A stretch of 62,215 bases of DNA, filler included. It is 9 parts of 9 records of this genome, joined end to end, with 100 filler letters (N's around TTAATTAATTAA, not from the genome) between each part and the next. Parts side by side here need not be neighbours in the genome. Positions count along the whole stretch, not along the records: positions 5,973 to 13,058 come from SRR31147125_127484; positions 13,159 to 20,131 come from SRR31147125_128509; positions 20,232 to 25,848 come from SRR31147125_128765; 6 more parts are not named here. One strand, written 5' to 3'. The position numbers and the translations under genes were made by a program. This document shows positions 12,234 through 24,132 of the stretch, piece by piece. Numbering within the stretch: position 1 is the stretch's first letter; every line of letters begins with the position of its first letter. A model generated the notes under the pieces. That model was not told the DNA's origin. It saw nothing but the letters and a program-made list of their open reading frames with translations, and made no database searches.

Positions 12234-13058
12234 GTGGTCGCTGCCAGCATTATAGTCGTCGAAGACAACCGCATCGTTGCCGAGGACATCAAGCAGCAAT
12301 TGATTGGAATGGGGTATTCGGTATCCGCCGTGGCAACCAGCGGCAGCCAGGCGTTGGCGGCCGCGGCCGAGAAGGTGCCCGATATCGCCATCATGGACAT
12401 CCAACTGGGCGAGGGCATGAACGGCATCGATACCGCCGAACAATTGCGACGAAGGTACCAGGTGCCCATCATTTACCTGACGGCCTATGCCGATGAGAAA
12501 ACCATCCAGCTCGCCAAGAAGACTGAACCTTTCGGCTATCTGATCAAACCCTTCAACGAACGGGAACTGCAATCCGCAGTGGAGATCGCCCTTTACAAGA
12601 ACCGTGTGGAAAGCCGGATCAGGGAGAGCGAAAAAAAATACAACGCCCTGTTCCAGTCCGCTTCTGATGCCATTTTTTTAATCGACGGGAAGAACTTGCA
12701 GATCCAGGATGCCAACGAAACGGCCTCTCGATTTTACGGCTACAGCTTAGATGAACTGGTACAAATGGCGGTCGTCGAATTATCGACCGAACCGGGAAAG
12801 ACCCGCATGGCGTTTAAGGAAAAGGATGCCCTGGTGCCCCTTCACTATCACCGAAAAAAAGACGGTACCGTTTTCGCGGTGGAGGTGACGGCCAACTATA
12901 TAACGATTGATAGCAGGGAAACAATTATCAGCATCATCCGGGATATTAGCCATCGCGTCGATGCAGAAAAGGAAAGACGCAAACTGGAGAGCCAACTGCA
13001 CCAGGCCCAGAAAATGGAAGCCATCGGCACGCTGGCCGGCGGCATCGCCCACGATTTC
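12234..13058 (+). CDS. Receiver-PAS hybrid histidine kinase, 3' truncated
   Basis: VVEDN..MDIQL..YLTAYAD..KPF receiver, PAS domain, then [17 protein letters not shown]. Confidence 0.9.
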
Positions 13059-13158
13059 NNNNNNNNNNNNNNNNNNNNNNNNNNNNNNNNNNNNNNNNNN
13101 NNTTAATTAATTAANNNNNNNNNNNNNNNNNNNNNNNNNNNNNNNNNNNNNNNNNNNN

Positions 13159-14475
13159 CAGGTATTTAATATATCTTTCCGTATCAATGGGCCCGGAGTT
13201 GACAATATCAAGAAAAACCACGGGGCGTTGGCCAAATTCGTTATGAGATATGGGTACAACCAGACATTGCTTTATATCCGATAAAGAATTTAACACGCGT
13301 TCAATTTCTTCAGGTTGAATGTTTTCACCTCCGGATATCAGCCTGTTATCCAAACGCCCCTGAACTGTTAAATAATTCATTTCATCCATATAGCCTATGT
13401 CGCCTGTAGCAAACCAACCCTGCTCATCCACCTCTTTTATGATTTTTTCACCTTGCAGATATCCGGTAAAAAGTGTATCGCCTTTCACAAGGATTTCTCC
13501 ATTTTCTGCAATTTTGAGTTCCCGATGCCTGAGTCGCTTACCGGATGTTATCAACCTGTCTATCTTTTCATTTACCAGGGTTGTCGTAATTTGGGAGGCC
13601 ATTTCAGTAGATCCGTAACTACAAAAAATTTTCAATCCATGGTGATAACTATTCCTGATCAGCGAATTCGGTATGGCACTTCCTCCTAATAAAATAGCTT
13701 TAAGCTTTTTCAGGCGAACGACCGCTTTTTTTTGTTCCAGAAGGCGATATAACTGAGTTGCCACAAGAGATACATGAGTAAAGGGCATTTCCAATATGGT
13801 CTCTTTGAATGGAATGCTTGTATCCGGCACGACAATGGCTCCGCCTCCTAATAAGGCACGAAATAAGACAGCCAGTCCTCCTACATGGTATAAGGGCAAG
13901 GATAAAAGCCAGGCATCACCAGGCTGAAATAATATGTTCTCATTGGAACCCATGGCATTATAATAATGATGAGAAAAATGATGCACCACCGCCTTTGCAT
14001 CACCCGAACTACCAGACGTGAATAGCAGAGTGGCAGGTTGTTGCAGGTCGATACTAGTATTAACTGATTTTTCTATCACCGAGGGTTGAATACAAACATG
14101 GTCCTCCAGTACATAGACAGCAGAAAAATGTAATGGAAAAGCTTTTTGTAAATGCCTGGATAATAGAACACTCTGGCAATTCACATTTTTCAGGACAGAT
14201 TCCACTTTAGAAAGAGGCCAACGTATGCTGATCGGTACAGGTAAAATCCCAACAAGCCAGGAGGCCATTAAAGCAATTATGAATTCCAGACTGTTTTGAG
14301 AAATAATGGCTACGCGATCGCCCTTTTTTAAGCCACACTTTATAAAAAGGCCGACCGTTATTTTTATACATTGGAGATACCGGGTAAAGGTTAAATTCGT
14401 CCGGGGAGTGATCAGCGCGGGGTGCTCAGCATATTTTTGAATACATTCATCAAGATTTAAAGATTTTTTTACCAT
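13159..14475 (-). CDS. menE: o-succinylbenzoate-CoA ligase, 3' truncated
   Basis: AMP-binding FTSGSSG, LSLPLYHVGG, SYGSTEMASQ, ISGGENIQPEEIE; men operon context. Confidence 0.92.
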
Positions 14476-14641
14476 AATAATTTCTGGAATAAAATAATTC
14501 TCAGCATATAAACAACCATTTAACTGATCGTAGCTATAAAGATCACAGAGAAATATCAATTTGATTCATAGTTTCTGTCTTTAAAAACAGAACTTTTATT
14601 CTCTTATTATCTTTTATTTGCAGCTATTAAATATATCTCTT

Positions 14642-15769
14642 TTACTTTTTATTCTCATGAATCACCTGGCTCAGCTTGACAAATTTATCGAATCGTAATG
14701 ATTGACAAATCCGCGAACAGTTTTGAATATTCACCTTTCCCCCTGTTGCGAAAAATGGCTTCTCCAGGATATCCTCCTGTAACCATTTATATGTATCCAG
14801 CCCGACAGAAACATCCTGTTTTGTCATTCCGGCAGCAAGTTGAGCGTAGATAGAAAGGGCCAGACCAGATTCAAAAGCACTGCTCAGAACCGGTATAACT
14901 CCACGTTCTTCCAGAAATCGTGCCAGCTGGACAGTCTTCTCAAGGCTACCCAGGACGGACGGTTTCAATATAAAAACCTTTGTCCCGGATGGAATTTTAA
15001 AATCATGCATAGCTATGTCATTCACGGTTTCATCCAGAGCCACAGGTATACCGGTTTTGCTATAAAATTCAGCAAGATCCTTTTGTTGCCGACAGGGCTC
15101 TTCAATATACTCAATATTGTTATCTGCCACAGATAGCCCAAATAATAGTGCCTTTTCAAGAGACCAGGATCTGTTCGCATCGAGCCGCAAAGCCACATTT
15201 TCACCAATAACAGATCTCACCTGCTTCACCATGTCTATTTCATTTTCAGGTTCCTGTCTTCCGACTTTAAGTTTAATCGATCGGTAACCTGCACTGACAA
15301 GGTTTTGAGTTTCATTTCTGACGTCTGCTAACGATCCGACCACCAGACCATTCAGGTGTACGGAGTCCCGATAATGCGTAAAAAGTAAATCAGGAATAGA
15401 CTTTTCAGTTTTAGCAGCAAATAAATTGAGAACAGCCATCTCGATTCCACATCGAACCGTAGGATATAGTTTCAACGGGAGTAACCATTCATCAAACATG
15501 CCATTAAAATCCAGCAAATCAGAAGGCAAACTCGTGCCTATCAAATCGGATTTGAGAGAATGTATGTGAGGCAATATAGTGTCCAGGGTTTCTCTATGCA
15601 GTCCGGGGAATGGAGCTATTTCGCCATAACCGCAACTACCGTCTTCTTCCTGCAGGCAAAGAATATAGCCGCTACGATTTTCCAAATACGAGCCCATCAT
15701 CTTTAAAGGACGCACAAGCGGAACATCGTATCGGTATATGTCCATACTTTTCAATTTCACAGCATCCAA
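14642..15769 (-). CDS. menC: o-succinylbenzoate synthase
   Basis: Enolase-superfamily KLKVG, LRLDAN, YIEEP, VALDE, ILKP motifs. Confidence 0.92.
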   Translation of the reverse strand: MDAVKLKSMDIYRYDVPLVRPLKMMGSYLENRSGYILCLQEEDGSCGYGEIAPFPGLHRETLDTILPHIHSLKSDLIGTSLPSDLLDFNGMFDEWLLPLKLYPTVRCGIEMAVLNLFAAKTEKSIPDLLFTHYRDSVHLNGLVVGSLADVRNETQNLVSAGYRSIKLKVGRQEPENEIDMVKQVRSVIGENVALRLDANRSWSLEKALLFGLSVADNNIEYIEEPCRQQKDLAEFYSKTGIPVALDETVNDIAMHDFKIPSGTKVFILKPSVLGSLEKTVQLARFLEERGVIPVLSSAFESGLALSIYAQLAAGMTKQDVSVGLDTYKWLQEDILEKPFFATGGKVNIQNCSRICQSLRFDKFVKLSQVIHENKK

Positions 15770-16641
15770 CCCAGGGAAAAAGTAATACTGTAAATCAAAA
15801 GCAATTTGCCAGTACTCGCCAAAACATTGTTGTATATTTTTCCGGGTTTTTCTCTGAAAACGAGTTTAATAGATGGTAAGGCTAAAATAAAAACAAGAGA
15901 GGTAAACAACACAAAATAATGCTGTGAGGTTAAAACAAAAAGTAATAACGGTACCAAACACGCAATAATAATGCTTGATAAATATTCCATTCTGGAAAAG
16001 GTTTCACCAAAACGAACAGCTAGAGTCATTTTTCCGGCTTCCCTGTCCGAGTTTATATCTCTTAAATTGTTCACAGTCAAAATAGCTGTTGAAAATAATC
16101 CAGGAGCAACTCCGGCCAGGAGAACGATTTTATTGATCTCCAGGGTCTGAACATAATAAGTACCACCCACAGCAATAAGACCAAAAAAAATGAAAACAAA
16201 AATATCCCCCAAACCATTATAAGCCAATGGTAAGGGGCCGGTCGTGTACAGGATACCAAACAAAATAGATAAAGCACCGATCACCACGATCGGCCAACCG
16301 CCACGATAAATAAGGTAAATCCCGGCAACAGAGGCCATCAGAAAAACCAATATAAAAGCTTTCTTCATCGTTTCCGGCTTAACCAGACCTGCCTGGGTTA
16401 CCCGCAGGGGTCCCAGGCGTTCGCCTTCATCCGCGCCTTTAATAAAATCAAAATAATCATTAGCAAAATTCGTCCCTATCTGGATCATAACAGCCCCAAA
16501 GGCAGCCAGAGCCGCAGAAAGCCAGTGACCTTTACCATCAGCAAAAGCCATTGCTGTACCTATAATAACCGGAGCAACTGCAGCCCACAGAGTCTTGGGA
16601 CGACTTGCCATAATCCAAACATTAAAACGCGATTTTTTCAT
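15757..16641 (-). CDS. menA: DHNA polyprenyltransferase
   Basis: RPKTL, NFANDYFD and NNLRDINSD UbiA-family motifs. Confidence 0.95.
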   Translation of the reverse strand: MKKSRFNVWIMASRPKTLWAAVAPVIIGTAMAFADGKGHWLSAALAAFGAVMIQIGTNFANDYFDFIKGADEGERLGPLRVTQAGLVKPETMKKAFILVFLMASVAGIYLIYRGGWPIVVIGALSILFGILYTTGPLPLAYNGLGDIFVFIFFGLIAVGGTYYVQTLEINKIVLLAGVAPGLFSTAILTVNNLRDINSDREAGKMTLAVRFGETFSRMEYLSSIIIACLVPLLLFVLTSQHYFVLFTSLVFILALPSIKLVFREKPGKIYNNVLASTGKLLLIYSITFSLGWML

Positions 16642-16717
16642 TCAATTGATCCTGATTTTCCTGGCTGTTAATAATGCATATTAGCGTATTGTTTAATTCC
16701 TTATTCAAATCAGGTCA

Positions 16718-17536
16718 TTATGGCTGGCGAGGGAATTTCTTGAAATCAGGTTTCCGTTTTTCTAAAAGAATTTTTCCTTCCTGCGCCTCATCAGACATAT
16801 AGTAGAGCATAGTAGCACAGCCAGCCAGTTCCTGCAACCCGGCCTGTCCGTCACAATCTGCGTTCAACGCCGCTTTGAGGCAACGGATCGCTGTTGGAGA
16901 ATTGGCCAGAATCTCACGACACCATTTCAGCGTTTCTTCTTCCAGGTTTTCCAGTGGCACAACAGTATTCACGAGCCCCATATCCAGGGCCTGTTGAGCA
17001 TTGTATTGCCGACACAAAAACCAGATTTCCCGTGCCTTTTTCTGTCCCACGATTCGGGCCATGTAACTGGCACCGTAACCACCGTCAAAGGACCCCACTT
17101 TGGGACCGGTTTGACCAAAAACAGCATTATCTGCTGCTATGGTCAAATCACACATCAGATGTAACACATGACCACCTCCAATGGCATACCCAGCGACCAT
17201 GGCAATCACAGGTTTGGGGCAGGTACGTATTTGACGTTGAAAATCCAGAACATTCAGGCGATGAACTCCCTTTTCGTCTTTATAGCCGGAATCACCACGG
17301 ATTTTTTGATCACCACCAGAACAAAATGCTTTATCTCCTTCACCGGTAAGGACAATCACACCAATTTCAGGATCTTCCCGGGCATCAGCAAAAACGGATG
17401 ACATTTCAAAGACAGTCAAAGGTCTGAACGCATTTCTCACCTGAGGTCGATTTATGGTAATTTTTGCAACACCTTCCAACTTATCATACCGAATGTCCTC
17501 ATAGTTACCACAATTTATCCACTTGAAATCACTCAT
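16718..17536 (-). CDS. menB: 1,4-dihydroxy-2-naphthoyl-CoA synthase
   Basis: [32 protein letters not shown]. Confidence 0.97.
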   Translation of the reverse strand: MSDFKWINCGNYEDIRYDKLEGVAKITINRPQVRNAFRPLTVFEMSSVFADAREDPEIGVIVLTGEGDKAFCSGGDQKIRGDSGYKDEKGVHRLNVLDFQRQIRTCPKPVIAMVAGYAIGGGHVLHLMCDLTIAADNAVFGQTGPKVGSFDGGYGASYMARIVGQKKAREIWFLCRQYNAQQALDMGLVNTVVPLENLEEETLKWCREILANSPTAIRCLKAALNADCDGQAGLQELAGCATMLYYMSDEAQEGKILLEKRKPDFKKFPRQP

Positions 17537-17564
17537 TTTTTTACTCCATAAATATATATAAAAT

Positions 17565-18355
17565 CTATCTGATACAATTATCAATTATTTTTGCAAACTC
17601 GTGTGGCCTTTCCAGATGCGTATTATGGCCACATTCACTCATGACATGAATATCAGCATTAGAACAGGCTTTTCTCATCTGTTCTGCAATGCTTCTGAAT
17701 TTTGCATCCTTTTCACCTACAATGAAAAACATGGGAATTTTAATATCACCGAGATCCAACCATAATGAAGGTTGGCTTCCTGTTCCGATCGCCCTTAAAG
17801 AAGCTGCAAGTTCATCAGGTCTGTTGCGAAGCCGGCGATAAAACATATCGTTAAAAGTGAGATGCGACTTGAGCGAACTGAAAAGAGGCATACCGTACCA
17901 TTCTTGTAAAAACTGATTAAAATCACCCTTTTCCAGTTCAGTTGCCAAAACGCTATCATGTTGTTGCCTGGCTCTTTGTTCCGACTCAGTTTTTAATCCC
18001 GGTGAAGCGGATTCTAAAATGACATTTTGAAAATAGTGAGGAAATTTCACAGCCAAATAAAGTGCTAAACGGCCCCCTAAAGAATAGCCAACAAGGCTAC
18101 ACTTTTTAGCACCCAGTTGTTCCAGAATTTCAATAATAGCGTTCCCGGTTTCCGGCATTGTATAAAAACAGGGGTCCACAATCCGAGTCTGGCCATGCCC
18201 AGGTAAATCAAGCGTCAAACAATAATATTTTTGCGACAAGTAATTTATGACAGGTTGCCAATCTTCCCCGGATCCCATAAATCCATGCAAAAAAAGAATG
18301 GGTGGTTTGTTTTTTTACCGAAACTGTTATAGTGCCAATTATCCAATACCGGCAT
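17565..18355 (-). CDS. menH: SHCHC synthase (1-nt deletion in T-run near 18311 splits the N-terminus)
   Basis: [33 protein letters not shown]. Confidence 0.9.
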
Positions 18356-18361
18356 TATGAA

Positions 18362-20119
18362 TTACTCCACGTCGAGAGCGCTTTTTATTTCTGCTTGCAG
18401 GCGTTGGTGTAAATTTTTATTTTCCTGTCGATCTGTTTTGATTTCAATGATGGTTGTCTCTGGTTGTGCACTCAGGGATTGATAAAGTTCGACAAATTCA
18501 TGAGTCGTTGTTGGCTGATAATAAGGTATATGAAACAATTTCGCAGCATATTCGAACTCGAATGAGTGTGGTGTGGCGAAATGAGATTCGAAAACATGAG
18601 AAAATTGTGATATCGGTAAAAATGAAAAGATGCCACCACCCTGATTATTAATGACAACAATAATTAATGGCTGGTCGATTGAATTCAAAAGTGCCAGGGA
18701 ATTGAGGTCATGCAAAAAGGCCAGATCTCCTATGACCAGGGTCGCAGGTTTAATCAAACCAACGGCATAGCCGGCAGCACTTGCTATCGTTCCATCAATA
18801 CCACTTGCCCCTCTGTTGGAAGCAACCTGAGATACAGCTCCATTGGGATCAGCATACATATCAAAATCACGTATGGGCATGCTACTAGCCAAAAACAGGC
18901 TAAAATTCTGTGGCGTATACCTTGAAAGGAGACGAGCTACAGCTATTTCATTCAGGCTATGCTTGTTTTTTAGAAATCCGTTTAACACGCCTGATACTAT
19001 ATCCGATTTTTGCTTCAGCTGCTGCGCCCATTCTTTATCAAAATCACCATGAAATAAATGCCGGTTTTCCCACAAAAAGGACGCGTCTGTCTCCACTCTA
19101 TGGGTAACTTTATGGATCGAATCCTGGCGATAGGGGTGGTTATTTATCACGATATAATTTTCAAACTCTGTTTCTTCAAGAAATTGCCAAAAGCGTTTGG
19201 ATGTCACCTGACCGCCCACATGCACTATTGTTTCCGGTTTCATCATGTGACGGCATTTTTCCGATAATAAAACCTGATCCATATAAGAGATCACATTTTC
19301 TCCGCACGCCTTGATTCTGTGACCGGATGTAATATCAGCACAAACCGGCCATCCCAGATGCTGCGCAAATTGCTTGGCAGCTTCACGATCCGCAAAAGAA
19401 TCCATTCGACCAAGTACTAAAAGACCACGACGTGTCGCATGAATCAGATCAGACACTTCCTTCAACGAATCTGTATTCACCTGAAGTGTTGATGGACTGT
19501 AGGAAGTATAGGGCTTTTGCCCATTCGTCCATGACTCCAGATTCTTGACATAATTATTATCTGGTGGTTCCAAAGTGGGTGCAAGAGGTTCCCGGAACAT
19601 ACAATTGATATGCACAGGACCCTGTGGAGATCGAGTAGATTGATATACTGCCTGATCAATAGTGGTTAAAACCATGTTTGGGGAAATTTTCTCATCAGGA
19701 CATGGCATATCAAAAAACCAACGGACATAGTGGCCATATATGTTGGGCTGATGGATCGTCTGGTTGGCCCTGGTATCTCTTAGCTCCGGTGGACGATCCG
19801 CAGAAAGTAAAATCATCGGAACAACATCAGTGGAAGCTTCAACAACCGCCGGGTAATAGTTTGCTACAGCCGTCCCTGAGGTGCAGATCAGGCATGCTGG
19901 TTTGCCGGTGGCCCGCGCATAACCAAGGGCATGGTAGGTGGCAGCCCGTTCATCATAACAGATGATGGTCGACGCTTTATTGTTACGCGCCGCAGCTACC
20001 GTCAATGGCGTTGAGCGTGATCCAGGGGATATGCAAAAATAGGAAACGCCACTGCGTACAAGTTCCTCAATGATAAGGGCTCCCCAAAGGGTGTTAATAT
20101 TTTCAGAATAAAATGTCAT
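18362..20119 (-). CDS. menD: SEPHCHC synthase
   Basis: SPGSRSTPL, CTSGTA, ADRPPEL, NRGASGIDG, GDLAFLHDLN. Confidence 0.97.
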   Translation of the reverse strand: MTFYSENINTLWGALIIEELVRSGVSYFCISPGSRSTPLTVAAARNNKASTIICYDERAATYHALGYARATGKPACLICTSGTAVANYYPAVVEASTDVVPMILLSADRPPELRDTRANQTIHQPNIYGHYVRWFFDMPCPDEKISPNMVLTTIDQAVYQSTRSPQGPVHINCMFREPLAPTLEPPDNNYVKNLESWTNGQKPYTSYSPSTLQVNTDSLKEVSDLIHATRRGLLVLGRMDSFADREAAKQFAQHLGWPVCADITSGHRIKACGENVISYMDQVLLSEKCRHMMKPETIVHVGGQVTSKRFWQFLEETEFENYIVINNHPYRQDSIHKVTHRVETDASFLWENRHLFHGDFDKEWAQQLKQKSDIVSGVLNGFLKNKHSLNEIAVARLLSRYTPQNFSLFLASSMPIRDFDMYADPNGAVSQVASNRGASGIDGTIASAAGYAVGLIKPATLVIGDLAFLHDLNSLALLNSIDQPLIIVVINNQGGGIFSFLPISQFSHVFESHFATPHSFEFEYAAKLFHIPYYQPTTTHEFVELYQSLSAQPETTIIEIKTDRQENKNLHQRLQAEIKSALDVE

Positions 20120-20231
20120 GAACAGTGAAAANNNNNNNNNNNNNNNNNNNNNNNNNNNNNNNNNNNNNNNNNNNNTTAATTAATTAANNNNNNNNNNNNN
20201 NNNNNNNNNNNNNNNNNNNNNNNNNNNNNNN

Positions 20232-20337
20232 TTGTCTCCAGCCCTGAATCATTCCAATGACGACAAATGCTGAGAGCGACACTGGAAGGTGCGTTACCGT
20301 CAAGATCGTGACCATAGATCACTGGGAGTCGATTCAT
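20232..20337 (-). CDS. N-terminus of a truncated gene, possibly a glycosyltransferase
   Basis: GAGGA RBS and ATG (MNRLPVIYGHD..) directly after the flippase; product inferred from context only. Confidence 0.4.
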
Positions 20338-20377
20338 GGATTTTTCCTCCCCAATCAAATACCCGCAGCTGCTGATT

Positions 20378-21934
20378 TCATGCTTCAGAGCGCCTGAGCA
20401 CTCTCGAAAACTGATGCAGGATACGTTGTTTTTCAGTCGCGGTAATTCCACACGAAGCCCAGAGCAGCAGCACCGAGACCCCGGCATACAGCACACCTGC
20501 AGCGACCAGCTCAAAAGCGACAATACCCCTGTGTGTATGTTCTATGTCTATCAGGACAGGCAGCAGAACGAAAAGCACCGCCCCGCTGATCATGCAGGCA
20601 ATGACAGGCTGCAGGACATGTCGACAGTATTCCGGCAGGGAAACTTTGAAATGTCTATTCGTTATACTGATGAAATAGATCGAAGATATCGCGGTCCCCC
20701 CCGCCATCCCCAGCGCCGCCCCTACAAGCCCAAGCCACAGGGCGAGCAACGGTGTCATAATGAGGCAGAGCACAAGATTGAACACCGTATAGCGTATCTC
20801 CCAGTCCAGTCGCGCAAGCCCTCTCGCTGCAGCACTCGACACCCCGGTGAGCATGTGAACCAGGACACCGGCCGAGACAACGTACATGACAATGACCGCC
20901 TCTTCATAACCACGTCCCAGCCACACGTAAATCGCCTGCTCCGAGACGGCAAAGATGTAGCAGAACAGTATTGCCGAGAGCATCGCTATATACCGGGATG
21001 CGTCAAGAATCAGCGTCCGGGCTCCGGCAAGGTCATCATCTCCCTGCAAATGGGAAAGCGCAGGCATAAGAACGCCGCTGATTTCGCTTGGAATCCGGGT
21101 TGCGGTCTGGGGGATTTTCCGGCCGACCTCATACATACCGGTGGAGGCCAGGCCGAGCAGACGGGTGATAACAAGGCGATCGTAGGTCGACATGAAAATA
21201 CCGATAAAACCGAGCAGCTGCATTTTGCCGCCGTATGAGACGAAAAGTTTCAACGAGGTCTTGCTGCACAGTCCGAAACCGACCCGCAAACCGGGGATCA
21301 GCTTGAAAGCAAAAAACATATTGATGATAATACTGAGGAGATAACGGATCAAAAAAGCCCACATCATGCCGTACACCCCGAGCCCGATTATTAAAAATAC
21401 GACGATCAACGCTATCTCCAGAAACGACGTAAACAGGCGCACCTTGGCGGTCAGCGCGATGTACTGCATCCCGTCCAGTGCCCGGCCGAAACAGTTGAGA
21501 GAGATGTCAAGCGCGAACACCAGGCCGGTACCGATGAAGACAACCCCCGCGGTACGCCGCAACTCTTCTTCAATGTCGAGAATATCGAGGAGCGGCCCCA
21601 TCCCCACCCACAGGGCCGATACCAGGATCAATGCCAGGATTGTTGTGAGTACCAGACCGGTGCTCATCAGGGAGTTGATACGCTCGGACTCATTTCTGGA
21701 GTTGAATTCGGCCACGTATTTCACATAGGCGCCTTCAAACCCGATGGAGGTCATCGCCAGAAAACTCATCACCACGAAACAGAGGCTCCACAGCCCGTAC
21801 TCGGCAATCGTGAGGTAGTGGAGCACGAACGGTGTAAGCAGAAATCGACTCAGCAGATACCAACCGCTCACCAGCATCGAATAGATCGAGTTCCTGGTGG
21901 CCTTTTTTGCTACGCTGTCATTTTTTTGCGTCAT
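20378..21934 (-). CDS. wzx: Wzx-type polysaccharide flippase
   Basis: About 14 hydrophobic segments; LTIAEYGLWSL and DRLVITRLLGLASTGMYEVG typical of MOP flippases. Confidence 0.88.
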   Translation of the reverse strand: MTQKNDSVAKKATRNSIYSMLVSGWYLLSRFLLTPFVLHYLTIAEYGLWSLCFVVMSFLAMTSIGFEGAYVKYVAEFNSRNESERINSLMSTGLVLTTILALILVSALWVGMGPLLDILDIEEELRRTAGVVFIGTGLVFALDISLNCFGRALDGMQYIALTAKVRLFTSFLEIALIVVFLIIGLGVYGMMWAFLIRYLLSIIINMFFAFKLIPGLRVGFGLCSKTSLKLFVSYGGKMQLLGFIGIFMSTYDRLVITRLLGLASTGMYEVGRKIPQTATRIPSEISGVLMPALSHLQGDDDLAGARTLILDASRYIAMLSAILFCYIFAVSEQAIYVWLGRGYEEAVIVMYVVSAGVLVHMLTGVSSAAARGLARLDWEIRYTVFNLVLCLIMTPLLALWLGLVGAALGMAGGTAISSIYFISITNRHFKVSLPEYCRHVLQPVIACMISGAVLFVLLPVLIDIEHTHRGIVAFELVAAGVLYAGVSVLLLWASCGITATEKQRILHQFSRVLRRSEA

Positions 21935-24121
21935 TGGTGCTCTTCTGCTTTCCTTTCACGGGTTTATGCTTTCTCATACCGTTGAGCTGCGCCGGTGCGC
22001 GATCCAGGTATTCATCCAGCCAGAATTTCCTCTTTTCACCGCCCCAGTTCAATACGATTGCAAGTGCGGGAATCTCGAGACGAACCAGGATTTCCGCCGT
22101 ATGACGCAGATCTCTGTAATACGTCGACTCTCCCTGACTGATCAGGACACCGACATCGGCATGGGCGGCAAGATATTCGGTAAAATCACTCGTCCTGACC
22201 GGGCACGAATCGATGCAGATGATATCGTAGGTTGTGCGCGCCTCATCGAGAAAGCTCTTGAGCTTCTGAACCGTTGTACGGCTCGGTGTGAACTCACGGG
22301 AGCAGATGAAGTCAACCGATCGAACAGAATCATGATAGATACATTCCGAGAGGCTGTTCTCGTCCGCAAGCAACTCATTCAATCCGGGGTGAGCTGTATC
22401 GATTTCCAGTTTCTCAAAAAGATCTTCCTGCATCAGGTTGCCGTCGACCACCAGCACCCTGGAGACATGCTGAGCGAGGGCCTGGGCAGTATTCATCATG
22501 ATCTCCGTCGCACCGGATCGCCGATCGACAGAGGTGAACAGCACCACCTGGCTCTGTTTCTTCTCGAACTCACGAAAAAGCCTGATCGCCAGACTGCGAA
22601 GGGCCTTGGCAGCCACCGAATGGCTGTCCTGACTGAACACTTTCAGGAACTCGACCCTTCCCGAGTTTTCGAAATCGGCCAGCATGGGGGGTGACCAAAC
22701 GCATGAACGAGATCCTTGGGCCCATGGAGACGGTTGTCGAAAAACTCGATAGCGGCAAACAGGCCGCCAATACTGCCGAATGAGAGCATCACGCAAAGCA
22801 TCAGCAATTTCTTGGTGTTGGAGCCAGCCGGGTTTTCCGGCTCGCGAGCCGGTGACTCAACACTGGCGCGGATGGCGGCCCGGGATTCGGCCTCCATCTC
22901 GTGAATTCTGGTATCGATCCGGAACAGCAGTTCCTTGTCATGATTGAGCCGTGCCTGCATGGCCTGGCCATCCAGCAGAGCCACGGACGTGGCCCCCGAT
23001 TTTTCCCGGGCCTCTTCAAGCGCTTCCTTCAGCATCACTTCGTTCTGCAGGATTTCCTGAGCCTTATTCTCCTTTACGAGCTGCTGCCGGGCAAGTTGCA
23101 GATCACGTTTCCCATACATGATTGACTCAATGGAATCCCGTGTTTCCTCGCGAAGCTTTTTCTCGTAGTCCCGCATCGCCTGCATACGCGATTCCACCCG
23201 CTTCCGATCCTCATTTTCCCTGGTGACCCCGTCGATGCTCGCCCTCATATCCTGGAGTTGTTCATAGGTCCAGGAGCTGGTAAAGCCGATTGCCCGGTCA
23301 TCCATAACCCCTTCGTCAATCAGTGATTGTAGAGATAATTTCTTCTCTTCCTCGGTGAGCTTTTTCTGAAACGCGTCCGCATTCTGTGCCTTGATACGCT
23401 CCGAGAACACATGAACATATGATTTCTGTAAATCAGATGCCCGCTCCTGCCATACATTGAAATCTTCGACGAACGTCGATGTCGATATCTCCGTGGCAAG
23501 CTTCTGAATCACCGTCTCCTGCTGCTCGATACTTTGGGTAAGCTCCTCCTTCTTTTCAGCCAGATAGGCCAGTCGAGGCCTGTTCCTGTTGACCTGGTCC
23601 TCACGGACCCGTTCCAGGTAGACCTCCATGATGGTGTTCAACACCGGAGCCAATCCCGTCTTTCTCGGCCCCTGAATAGAGAGTCTCACAAGATGAGTCC
23701 GGTGGAGCAACTCTATCCTGACAATTGCCTGAAGGATCGGGATACACTCTTCGTTCGTAAGGTGCGCGGGCAACAGCGCGTCCCGGTCCTCCTTGCTGAG
23801 CCGATCAAGGACCTCTTTCAGCAGGGAATAGTTTGTCAGTCTCACCGTCTGGGTTTTTACATACTCCTGGTAATACCCCATAATGGAAGGCTCTTCTGAT
23901 TTGGTGATCAGAGAGGCCACCACCGGGTCGATCCGGAGAAGTGCGCTGGTCCCGTAGTTGGGGCTGGCAACTTTGAGAACCAGAGGGGCAAGCATGGTGA
24001 GGATAGCCAGTCCGCCCACACCGATAATGAGACCATAACGGCGGACGAAACCGAAAATATCGAGCGGCTTCTTGGGTTTTCCCTCAAGCGTTGCTCCTTT
24101 CTGACCCTGGTTGCCCGACAT
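21918..24121 (-). CDS. Wzc/GumC-like polysaccharide co-polymerase with degenerate kinase domain (1-nt deletion at C-run 22655-22657)
   Basis: TM - periplasmic coiled coil - TM, then a BY-kinase-like fold (VLVVDGN, IICIDSCP). The two ORFs join if one G is restored. Confidence 0.85.
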
Positions 24122-24132
24122 TACATTCGCCC

